Shown in pieces: positions 1 to 9,800 of a stretch of 20,000 nt of DNA. The DNA lies in the NCBI GenBank assembly GCA_023515795.1, contig JALGPX010000046.1:56080-76079 (forward strand), given 5' to 3'. Origin of the DNA: Amoeboaphelidium occidentale (Eukaryota). How positions within the stretch are numbered: position 1 is the first letter of the stretch; each line of letters opens with the position of its first letter. Under the pieces are notes generated by a model that ran no database searches, was not told the origin of the DNA, and saw nothing but the letters and a program-made list of their open reading frames with translations. A program made the position numbers and the translations under genes.

Positions 1-756
1 TTTATTCAGTCTGAGAATGAAGATTTGAAGGTGTTGTTACAAAAACAGCCACCATCATTGTCACTTTTCCTGTCTGTAAGAAAAGGAAGAAAATGCTTGC
101 CGAGATTAATACGATTCTTACCGCCTCCACAATTAATGATGTTATTGAAAGCATGTATGCTGTCGTTGAAGAACATTGCAATAAGAAGTTCAAATCCAAA
201 AGATATCTTGGAAGAGCTGGATGAATACACGACAGATGTGGTATTCGCTTTTGTCGAAATGATCAGCGGAATGACGATGGATGGCTTGCTGGATATCGTT
301 GCTTGTCTTCGAACTAATGAAGGCGACTTGACTGGTGTTGCTAGATCAAAGCCTGGACTTCTATTCCTTACTTTGATCATCAGCAGAGCGGAACTCATTA
401 AACAACAGCAAAATGAAGAATCAGATGCTACAATGATGTGGAATACTCAAGTGTTTCCATACATCTTCAGTGCATTCGAGACAAGGTTCAACACATTGTT
501 CCCTCCAACGCATATTATGCCATCCTTGTTCTCTCAGACAGAGAACGTGAAGCCAATACCTGTTGATGATTCCTACGCATGGCAATTCCTGGCTGCGATG
601 GCTGTGGCATCTACATTGGATCAGCAAAGAATCCTTGTCGCGGAGATCAGAGACAAGATTTTTGAAACTGTTACAAATGGTGGCCAGCAGGGCGTAGACA
701 AAGTGAATGTATTCCTGAACGCAATTGGCCTCGATGCAAGTCAATTAGTCGCATGA
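1..756 (+). CDS. PAT1: mRNA decapping activator Pat1, C-terminal part (5' end outside window)
   Basis: Translation has Pat1 C-terminal signatures: FLSVRKGRKCLPRLIRFL, WQFLAAMAVASTLDQQRILVAEIRDKI and VNVFLNAIGLD. Stop TGA at 754-756. The first bases (tttattcag) may be an intron end. Confidence 0.85.
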   Translation, partial: FIQSENEDLKVLLQKQPPSLSLFLSVRKGRKCLPRLIRFLPPPQLMMLLKACMLSLKNIAIRSSNPKDILEELDEYTTDVVFAFVEMISGMTMDGLLDIVACLRTNEGDLTGVARSKPGLLFLTLIISRAELIKQQQNEESDATMMWNTQVFPYIFSAFETRFNTLFPPTHIMPSLFSQTENVKPIPVDDSYAWQFLAAMAVASTLDQQRILVAEIRDKIFETVTNGGQQGVDKVNVFLNAIGLDASQLVA

Positions 757-813
757 TAATGGCAATGAATAATCATTACTAAAGCCTAATAATCCTTTAT
801 TACTTTGAACTTT

Positions 814-1118
814 TTATGGCTTGTCAGTGGAAGGAGCAGGGTTCATCCTTCTCTTTCCAAATCCAGCGACAACATTCACGAATCTTCTGTTGTACTGAAT
901 GCGCTTCTTAGCACGTCCAACCTTCTTCTTCTTCTTTTCCTGCTTTTCGACCTTTGGTGTTTGTCCTTTAACTTTACCTGCACGCGCAAGGGATCCGTGT
1001 TGTTTTCCCTACAGAGATTAGTCGCTGTTCAAAGCCAATAGAATGAGTGGCGGCTGTCCTCCAGTTGTTAGCCGTTGTGGCTTTCCTTTAAGGACACCGC
1101 CAATTAAGATCCTACCAT
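814..1118 (-). CDS. RPS30: 40S ribosomal protein eS30 (not in ORF track). Exon 1 is the ATG only (1118-1116), intron 1115-1009, exon 2 1008-814; 65 aa
   Basis: Spliced translation [65 protein letters not shown] is typical eS30. Intron is GTAGGA...ACTAAT...TGTAG. No ubiquitin-like fusion. Confidence 0.97.
1048..1102 (-). other. Stem-loop inside the RPS30 intron
   Basis: + strand tggcggctgtcct (1048-1060) and aggacaccgcca (1091-1102) are complementary with one bulge. Inner hairpin agcc/ggct at 1070-1082. Confidence 0.7.
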
Positions 1119-1151
1119 TTCGACTGATTAAAAAAAAATTTTCATCGGTCG
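1119..1151. promoter_or_regulatory. 33-nt divergent spacer between RPS30 and TAD2 (putative bidirectional promoter)
   Basis: Lies between the two ATGs. Imperfect inverted repeat tcgactgat...atcggtcga flanks an A/T tract. Confidence 0.5.
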
Positions 1152-1685
1152 ATGGAGCGCGATCATGTTGAGTTTATGGAAGCTGCAATACAAGTAGCGA
1201 AGAATGCGCGCCTGGTAGATGAAGTTCCGATAGGGTGCGTGTTTGTTCATGTTCCTACTGGTGAGATCTTGGCGTCTGCTCATAATCGGACATGCATTGA
1301 GAAGAATGGTACCAGACACGCTGAGATGGTTGCGATCGATGATATTTTGACAAAGTACTCATATGAAGTGTTCAGAGATTGTGTTCTTTATGTAACAGTG
1401 GAGCCCTGCATAATGTGCGCTGCTGCTTTGAGGGAGATTCAGATCAACAAGGTTTACTTTGGTGCTTGGAACGAGAAGTTTGGTGGTTGTGGTGGTGTTT
1501 TGACTGTACATCAAGATGAATGGGATGGTAAAGGCGGCAGATATGAAGCAGTTGGTGATCTCTTGCGAAAAGAGAGTATAATGCTCCTCAGGGAATTCTA
1601 TTTGACAGAGAATCATAAGGCTCCAAACCCACAAAAGAAAGATCGCAGAGTACTAAAGTTTGATATACCTCCACCAAAACAATAA
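1152..1685 (+). CDS. TAD2: tRNA adenosine-34 deaminase catalytic subunit (ADAT2)
   Basis: EVPIGCVFV, HAE and TVEPCIMC zinc-deaminase motifs, NEKFGGCG, C-terminal FYLTENHKAP. Confidence 0.93.
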   Translation: MERDHVEFMEAAIQVAKNARLVDEVPIGCVFVHVPTGEILASAHNRTCIEKNGTRHAEMVAIDDILTKYSYEVFRDCVLYVTVEPCIMCAAALREIQINKVYFGAWNEKFGGCGGVLTVHQDEWDGKGGRYEAVGDLLRKESIMLLREFYLTENHKAPNPQKKDRRVLKFDIPPPKQ

Positions 1686-1730
1686 TAAGTTTTTCATGTA
1701 AATAGATTCTTTATATTAATTAGCGTCTGA

Positions 1731-4262
1731 TCATCCCCATACGTTACCAAAAAACCGGTTCTGAATCGAACTTGAGATTGAAGACAGTTCTTTGGTTAGC
1801 GATGGCCGATTTGTCGGTTCTTTCAGTTGTTTCTGCGTCGGCTTACTCTCAATGTGTACAGCGCCAATATTTTCACTGTTCTCAAGGATCGATTCGACCA
1901 AATCATCCAAACTAGTGCGCTCAAGTGGTTGATAGCTGACAGGAAACAATGCAAAACGAGAGCCACTCTGAATAATAGGAACAATAACATGTTGTTCTGT
2001 GAGAAATGATCTTACACTTGAGCCTTCGTGAGGCGTGTAATTCGAACCAACATTAAATGCCTGAAACAACGAAGAGTATCTTGTTTGGCATCGATCAATT
2101 CTTTCTGAAAAGGTATCTTTTAAAGTTTCAAATTCACTGATACTCGACAAAACAATCTGCGCTTTGTTCTTGACATCCACAAAAGATGAATTCAAATCTC
2201 GCTTATCATCAGTCTTGTTTAGCCTGTAAACGAACGACGGCTTTAAAATCTTTCCCAAAAACAATAAATCAAAATAAGACTGATACAAATGGTGTTTCTT
2301 GTCTTCAACTGAAAAAGCACTATCGAATAAGTTCCTAAAGAATTTGATTGTTTCTTGAGATAACTGAAAGTCAAAGTACTCAAAAACCTTCTCGAACTCA
2401 AGCACTTCAGTGTGGTGCTTCAAATCAGTGACTATTCGAAACAGAATTCTGATGAGTGTCGGTGAAGGATGAGACGGAAGTATGTAACGTTCATTTTCTA
2501 TCTCAACAACATCCCAATTCGACGATGCCATCTTACTGGGTTTGTTCATTTGCTTCGTGAGGCTAAATTGAAGCACATTCCAATGATCAGCATCTTGAGC
2601 ATAATAGTCTTTTAAAGTATCCGAATATGTCTCAGTAAGCTTCTTAACTAGCGGTTTGAACGCGCCAACAAAAACTTCAAGTCCTTCATTCACAGCAGAA
2701 TCGAATTCGTGGGATACTTCTGGGAGTCCAGTTGCTGCAGTAGCTTCCTGAATAATACTATCCTTCTGAGACAAAAACAAGCTCTTGGTCTTCTTTCCTA
2801 GAATTGTAAGAGCATTAATGTCTAGATTATTTTCAGATAAAGACAAGATTGTTTTTGAACAAAACTGCAAAATTTCAGTAAATAGAGATCTGCAAGAATC
2901 CATATAGTGAGGCTCAAGCTTAGGATTATCTTTAAGCAAAGAAACTACAGATTCAAACTGTCCCTTAAAATCAATCCTTTGTTTGGAGCTGTCAGACAAA
3001 AACTCTTGAGCTCCATACAGTGCAGACTTCATTGTCATATCAATAATTTCAATACTTTTCGAATTGAATGAAGTCTCAAAGAGTTTATCCCAAACATTGA
3101 TGTTCTCAAAGAACTTAGAAAGTATTTCTGATTTCCCTAGAATAGCCTCGATTTCGCGCTTAAGCAGAACCAATTCCTGACCAGTTTTGGCCTCTTTTAG
3201 CGATATAGAATTAAACTGACTTACAACAGTTTTGAGCCATGATTGAAATTCCGTTTTGAAGAACTCTCTGTTCTTGCTTAGCAAAAATGATATCCGTGGT
3301 TTCAGTACACGAACATTTGGTGGTAAATAACGATACATCAGGTGCATCTTAGTCTTTGAAACATTAAATAAATCATTAGCGAGAGCTGAAGACGATACAG
3401 AAGGATGCAAATTAATGCCTGGGTCGAGATGATCATGAATGTACTGAGACAAAACACCACTGGATCCATTATGACCCACAAAAAGTCGGTAGCCTTCTTC
3501 CAAAGTACCAAGAAGCAAGCTTAGCCTCTCTTTAACAGAAATATCATCTCTAGAATGCGCATTATAGCGTTCCTTCAAAAAGACTTTTGTAAAAATACTT
3601 TCCTCATCGTAACTATCAAGCATCATCAAACAAAGCACGGAATCCAGGACATCATCGCTTTTCGATCTCAAAGACTCAAAACAGAGTTCCGTAATTTTAG
3701 TTTTTAACGGAAGAATATCATCGTTCCATTTAGTCCGAATGATCCCTTTAAACTCTTCGTTGGCTGACAAATTCTTCTGTATTTCTCTCGCCAGCAAGAA
3801 CAGCAAGGACGCACTCAACACCGCAGAATTATCCAAATGAAAATGAATCTGTTCGTAAGAGTCAATTAACAGTTTTACTTGACATGCAACTTGAAACGTT
3901 TCTTTAGCTGAAGGGTCTTGAGGATCAATCGGACTAAGCGGCGATTTAACTTTGCCAGGGTCTCTCATTTCTGCCCCAATTTTCCGTAAGCCATCTTCAA
4001 TTGATGATATCGATTCTCTTAATTCTGATACTTTCGATGGCATAATTGTGATGATGGAGGAAGCTGCGCTCTTCTCTTCGCTGTTTGGCAAGAAGTCTCT
4101 GTAATGTGCGCCAACCAAATCCCTGAGCTCCTGCCTCTTCGCATTCGAGTCATTCCGGACTTTTAAATAAAGTTGACGCAATTCTGCTACAGAGTGCTTT
4201 TGGAAGAGGCGATCTGTTTCTGTTGCGGCTGAAGTTGCAGATGGCTGCTTCCCAATTGTCAT
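1731..4262 (-). CDS. COG1: Conserved oligomeric Golgi complex subunit 1
   Basis: N-terminal Vps51/COG1-like motif DRLFQKHSVAELR...KRQELRDLVGAHYRD, then VKLLIDSYEQI and LPSHPSP. 843-aa intronless ORF. Confidence 0.8.
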   Translation of the reverse strand: MTIGKQPSATSAATETDRLFQKHSVAELRQLYLKVRNDSNAKRQELRDLVGAHYRDFLPNSEEKSAASSIITIMPSKVSELRESISSIEDGLRKIGAEMRDPGKVKSPLSPIDPQDPSAKETFQVACQVKLLIDSYEQIHFHLDNSAVLSASLLFLLAREIQKNLSANEEFKGIIRTKWNDDILPLKTKITELCFESLRSKSDDVLDSVLCLMMLDSYDEESIFTKVFLKERYNAHSRDDISVKERLSLLLGTLEEGYRLFVGHNGSSGVLSQYIHDHLDPGINLHPSVSSSALANDLFNVSKTKMHLMYRYLPPNVRVLKPRISFLLSKNREFFKTEFQSWLKTVVSQFNSISLKEAKTGQELVLLKREIEAILGKSEILSKFFENINVWDKLFETSFNSKSIEIIDMTMKSALYGAQEFLSDSSKQRIDFKGQFESVVSLLKDNPKLEPHYMDSCRSLFTEILQFCSKTILSLSENNLDINALTILGKKTKSLFLSQKDSIIQEATAATGLPEVSHEFDSAVNEGLEVFVGAFKPLVKKLTETYSDTLKDYYAQDADHWNVLQFSLTKQMNKPSKMASSNWDVVEIENERYILPSHPSPTLIRILFRIVTDLKHHTEVLEFEKVFEYFDFQLSQETIKFFRNLFDSAFSVEDKKHHLYQSYFDLLFLGKILKPSFVYRLNKTDDKRDLNSSFVDVKNKAQIVLSSISEFETLKDTFSERIDRCQTRYSSLFQAFNVGSNYTPHEGSSVRSFLTEQHVIVPIIQSGSRFALFPVSYQPLERTSLDDLVESILENSENIGAVHIESKPTQKQLKEPTNRPSLTKELSSISSSIQNRFFGNVWG

Positions 4263-4304
4263 CGCAGTGAAACGAAATATGTTTCAACTTTTAAAACGCT
4301 TTTA

Positions 4305-5069
4305 TTACCGATAAGTCGGCGGCCTGTTGTCTCTGTTGAGAAGTAACCGTGAATGGAGCCATTCTACTGCTCCTTTTACGCCATCCCTATGAATAAATTA
4401 GGCGCGATGCTAGACAGTAAAAATACCCCGTTAGTGCGCTCACTGGCATGACTTTGCTATCTCTAGCATCTAATTTAGCCGCCAAGGGATTAAATGCCTC
4501 CTTAATCTGCTCGACCCTCAACGCTTTATCGACTATATCTTGCTTATTCGCAAGCATTATCACAGGAACACCTTCAGTTGACGATGAAGATATCACATTC
4601 TCTTCACAATTACTTGATACTAAGTAAAAGATTACCAAATACTTGTAGAACTTCAGCTATTCTGCTAACATCACAAGAATCAATAACGAACATAATCGCA
4701 TGACAGGAATCATAGTATTCGTTCCATATCTTTTGTAAGTCAGTCTGCCCACCAAGATCCCATATCTGAAGCCTCGAATGTCCAATATCAAGTTTACCAA
4801 CTAAAGATCAATCGAATGATTTATGCCGCAGTCTTATTACTGTTAAGTCCAATGGTCGGTGTAATCTTGTCTGGTGGGAGGCCAGGCACACCCAGGTACA
4901 GCGATTTAATCTTTTCTAATAGAGTCTATAAGAAAGAATTAGAGGTCATGATACTACAGATCTTGTTTCATTTTACAGTTTTGCCTGCATTATCAAGGCC
5001 GAGCACCAGTACATTGTACTCCTCCTTTCTTGCCAAGTGCTTATACAGGCCGGTCAGTAAAGTGTACAT
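4305..5069 (-). CDS. ARFRP1: ARF-related GTPase ARFRP1 (yeast Arl3), 199 aa; introns 4976-4926, 4840-4801, 4635-4602, 4426-4387
   Basis: Spliced translation MYTLLTGLYKHLARKEEYNVLVLGLDNAGKTTLLEKIK...WDLGGQ...LANKQD...SALTG. Four GT-AG introns keep the frame. Tyr2 in place of the myristoylation Gly is typical of ARFRP1. Confidence 0.93.
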
Positions 5070-5130
5070 TTAAGCGTTTTCTATTTGAATATCCTTATTG
5101 ATATTGAAAATCAAGTTGTTATCGACAGTG

Positions 5131-5749
5131 ATGCAATTGCGCTCTAAATTACTGATAATCCCTAAGCGATTCTTCATTCCCTCGCCCTTCAGTCCAGCAA
5201 GTAGAGAATCTGTTGTTACTCAGAAAAAGATACTTCCGTACGTGTCCTAATGATACAGTGTTCAGTTGAACTAAATTTTGAAGGTATCGTCCAACGGAAC
5301 TTTATGATATTGTTGCTGATGTTGGAAAATACCACGAGTTTATACCCTTGTGTACGTCCTCGGTCGTGTTATCCAGCAGAGTGGAGTTGATAAACAATGG
5401 AAGTATGGAAAAGCGGATACTGGAGATGAGTGAGCTGGGGATAGGCATAAATGGAATGGACGTCAAGTACACGAGCAAAGTCACAAGGGAGGAGCGCATT
5501 AACGGAAAAGAACTTTATAGGATATTAGCAAATGTAGATAATGATGATATATTCCATCATTTGCGCACAGAATGGATGTTTAAACCTTTGCTAAATGCAG
5601 AGCATGACCGTAAATGCTTAGTGGAGTTCGATGTTCGCTTCAAGTTCAAGTCTCCTATTTTGGCTCAGCTTGCGACAACTATGCTTGAGGAAAGCAATAA
5701 GCTGATACTTAATGCCTTTGAAAGAAGGGCTAGAGAAATATACCAATAG
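5131..5749 (+). CDS. COQ10: Coenzyme Q-binding START-fold protein; intron 5238-5283
   Basis: Spliced: basic N-terminal presequence-like stretch, then KKILPYRPTELYDIVADVGKYHEFIPLC, IFHHLRTEW and AFERRAREIY. Confidence 0.88.
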
Positions 5750-5775
5750 ATTGTAGTTGTTTTTATATTAATTGC

Positions 5776-6431
5776 TCAGATTATGGTTCCATTGATGAGG
5801 TTCAAGAACTTGTTACGCTTCGATTCCGTAAATGCTATTCCGTTCTCGTTCAATAACGATTCCATTTGTTTCTTAACTTGCTCTGGATTTGTGGTTTCAA
5901 TTTCGATTTCCCAACCTGTGCCAAACGGATAAGTCGTCTCGTCCAATTCTACTGTTTCAGATGTCCATGGAATCTTTAGTCTGAGCGTTTTAAACTCGCC
6001 AACAACTTTCCATGCAGTCTCTGGTGTCGCGTCTGCTCCAATAACTGAGAATATGTGCTTAATTAACGGATATTCTCTGGAATATTTCGCAATGCTACTC
6101 GGATCTCTCAAGATTTCCTGTCCGATTTCCTTTGTGAGCTCCGTTTCTTCTTCCCTGACTTTGCTTATGCCATCTGCTAGAGTTGCTTTTCCTTTCCATG
6201 TAAGAATATACTTCTCGCCATTGTTAATATCACGAACACGAACGATGTTTCTCAGTTTTTCACTATATTGCTTGTTATGGCCTTTAACAACTTGCAGGCT
6301 TACAGAGACAAATTGACTGTGTCAAGATAATAGTTTGCTTGGTGCTGGGTCTCCTTTGGTTCTCCAAGAAGAGCTTTGACTTTAAGGTATTCTTCTTTTG
6401 TCGGAAGCCTGAGCTTTATTTCTACCTCCAT
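5776..6431 (-). CDS. CYTH / triphosphate tunnel metalloenzyme (TTM3-like), 204 aa; intron 6303-6263
   Basis: Starts MEVEIKLRL (ExExK motif). Also Q-x-NYYLDT, VRVR, GEFKTLR, ELDETTYPFGTGWEIEIET. The 41-nt intron GTAAGC...TAG restores the frame. Confidence 0.88.
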
Positions 6432-6837
6432 TATTGTGAGAAAACGCAAATCTCCGCAAGTGTCAGGGAGTCATGCAGTATCAATGCTGTTTCACATCTC
6501 ATTCCGGAAGCCTCTTGTGAGCTTTTCGGCAAGAAATATATTTGAAGTAAAACTCTATTCATACTATGCATTCGCGTTCTTCTGTGAGGTTTGGAATTCG
6601 CGAAGTAACAACGCGTATTGCTGTCAGAACTCCTTCAAGATAACAAAACCGGATATTTCTCAATTCTCGTGTTTGCAGTCTGCATAACACTTAACCTACT
6701 GCGTCACAGAACTAAATAGTCGCTATTTGGAACGTTATTGTTAATGATTTCGCTGTCGCAGCCTCACGATACTCGAAGTTTGCACGCTGTTGCGCTTTCC
6801 AGTTGATCGAGATCGCCCTCTGCAAATTTTTTTTGAA

Positions 6838-9800
6838 ATGGATCTGGTCAAAATTATTGAGCATTTGGCATTCGAAGGTGAAAGCGGTAAGTGATCATGG
6901 AATGAATGGTCTCTAATTAGCGTAGGCCTTCGGTTTTCCGAGTTGTTACAAGTTTCCAAAGGATTTGGATGGCTTCATCATGAATCGGACGAATTGTTGT
7001 TGTTGCAAAAGCTTATTTGTTCCGACCATGCTGAGATACACAAAATCATTGTACCCACGGAGGCGTTGTCTGTTATTCCTACACGAGATACTGTTGATAA
7101 GAGATCCGAAATCGACAAGTGCGCTTACGGTGCAGAGAAGCTACAGCAAGCAGTTATAGAAGCTCCTCTCGCTCATGTTATTGTGTGCTCTGCTGAGCTT
7201 CGGCTTAAAATATTCTCAGCTGGGGAAGTTAATAACAAACGTCTAACAGATAACTCCTTCAAAGTTCTTGAAGCGATCGCAGTATCAAAAGAGAAAGGAG
7301 TGACACAAGCCGAGCTAAAGAATTTGTTTGACATGGATTCGCGTACCGTGTTTTATCACACAAAACTTCTGGTACAGAAAGATATAGCCATCAAGAGGCC
7401 AGTTTCTCAAAATGGGGCTTATACACAGCTTATTGTATTGAAGAGGTTTGCAAACGGTCGCCCGGATGGAGCAGAGGGTGATGACGAAGAAGTATCAGAC
7501 AAAAGAAGCATTGAATTAATGGTATCGAAATTGACGAAAGTTCTTGACTCCGTTGAAAACAGGACGATTTGTTACGATGATATGAAAAAAGCTCCAGAAC
7601 TGGCAGTTTATAGTTGGGATGTTTTGAAGAAAGTTATTGGAAAATTAGAGGAGCATGGTATATTAGAACGATTCTACGTGAAGAATGGAAAGAAAGATGT
7701 TCGTTGTGCTCGACTTCTTGTTGATCCAGCAAATGTCAAAGGATACAAAGTTGAAAACAAGGACAATGTAGAACCAGCACCTGATATGGTTGCGGAGACA
7801 GAAGCATTTACGGTTGATTGCAGTCAGATTATAAAGGAGCATTTTGAAGAGAAAGTAGGACCAGAGACTTCTAGCAGTTCCAACCAACAAATTGAACACG
7901 TAGAACCGCCTATTCCAAAAGGTCCTCCAGCAGGCATTACCAATATGCGCGACATGCCTTTGTTCATTGGTCATCTTCTTAGATCAGATATGACATTAGA
8001 TGCTCAGATATTTTATTTGGTAGCTTACAGTGGGAAAGATGGAATTACATCCACAGAAATATTTTTGCTTCTTGGAGGAACATCGTTCAAAATGATAAAC
8101 AAGCTACTGAGTGATATGGAAGCATTAAAAGGCGCAAACAAGATTCGAAGGGTGAAAGAATTCTATGGCAAGGAACAGCGTTACAGGTATTTTCTTGCCC
8201 AACCAGCAAAATGGAGTGGCATCTATGGCAAGGGAATCTCTCTACCTGGTAGTGCACCAGACAAAGCTTCAGATGAAGAAGTCAGCTTAGTCGACAATAG
8301 TGTAGCTACAATACTTGGCGCCAAACCTGCTAATTTAAGTGTTCTTACGGTGGCGCAAAGAAGGGAAAATTTGTTGGAGATGCTTGAAGAACAAAAAATA
8401 ATTGAGTATACAGCTCGTTTTATGTCAGACTTCGAGGAGAAATACGAGAAAGACAGTGGAGTTACGCTTGATAGAAAGTCTATGCAAAGGCTTGCGACAA
8501 ATCTTCAACGTGAAAAGTTGTTAAAGATGGTTGTCGTTGAGTCAAGATCTATAACAGGAAGTACGGACACAAGAACGTTGTTTTTGCATCCTAGCATAGA
8601 CGCTAAAGGTCCTGAAATGAAAGCCTTCGTGGAGAAATTGAACGAAGATATGATTTCTAAATCTATTCAAAAAGTTTCGAAAGAATACAAAGATATTGAA
8701 GTCGAACGGCTTTATGATAACGAAGAGGAGGCAGAAAAATCATCCAACTATCCGAATTATTTTGCTGTTGCTGAAGCAAAAGGCTATGTTCGTGCTAAAC
8801 TGTCTAGAGCTCGAATTTTCCATCGCTACTTGTTCTCTATGTGCACATCTCTTATTGAAGACGAAGATTTGGAATCTGACATGACAGTAGATTCCAGCAA
8901 AGTGTTTCGCGAGCTTCCCCTTCAAGTGTTTTTGAAAGTAGTTGGAGTCTTTAGAGAGAATCCGGCATTGGATGAATTCATTACTGGCGGTGGCGATCTT
9001 TCATTACCAGTCTGCAAGGTGCCTTATCAGATCGCAAAAGCTATATTTGGAAAAGCAGGAATTAGTAGATACAAAAGAGCACTCAGAACTGTGTTTGATG
9101 TTCTAGCGGAATTGAAGCTAATTGAAAGTGTTGAAAGTCATCAAGCTGACACGGATATGTCTTTCCTTCCTAAAGAGTATCTTTTGAAGCGACAAGTTCC
9201 TTTTCCTTTCTTCGACAATGATACTGGTGAAATTTTGTACAAACCCCAAGATTTGTACAATGTTAATGATGCGGTTATATTTTGGAATGAACTTGAACAA
9301 GCGAGTTTGTTAAGAAAGAAGTTTTTAATCAAAGAGAAAGCAAAGTTGGCCAAGAAAGAAAAGAACAAGTCCAAAAAGTCGAAGTCCGGTGTAACAGAGG
9401 ATGCCATGGAGGTTGATGAAAACTCTGCCATGTTCGGTCAGCCGGTCAATGATTTGCCAACACCTATGCTGACTCCACTGGGTAGTCCATATATTGGGAC
9501 AGCGCTCTCAAGCGACATTCTTGTGGAGCAATCCAATTGGGATTTCTTGGCGCGCATTCCTCAAGAACGCTTGGATAAAATTTTGACTACGGCGGATGAA
9601 CAGCCAGATGGCGACTCTACAAAATCTTCTTTGGAAGATCCATATGAAAGTGAAATAGCTGCACGTTTAGCTCGCACATTACAGTCAAGTGTCTCAAAAC
9701 TTTCGGCGCCTCCAAAAAAGAACTTGAAAGTGAAACCTGCCCGTAAAGTCCAAACGAGAATAAGGCAAAAGAATATATGGACGGTAGAAATGGATCGTAC

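Noticed and set aside
805..1041. 78-aa + strand ORF
   Set aside because: Antisense shadow of RPS30.
6431..6685. 16-codon ORF (MQTANTRIEKYPVLLS) separated from the 46-codon uORF frame by one TGA, as a possible selenoprotein or readthrough
   Set aside because: No redox motif, no recognisable selenoprotein family, no SECIS seen.
6685..6700. taacacttaaccta as a telomerase RNA template
   Set aside because: Does not match CTAACCCTAA, the telomere repeat is unknown, and no pseudoknot was identified.
6339..6959. Short ORFs 6339-6545, 6376-6687 and 6741-6959, and other 60-135 aa ORFs nested in large genes
   Set aside because: They overlap well-supported genes, often with non-ATG starts, and show no family signal.
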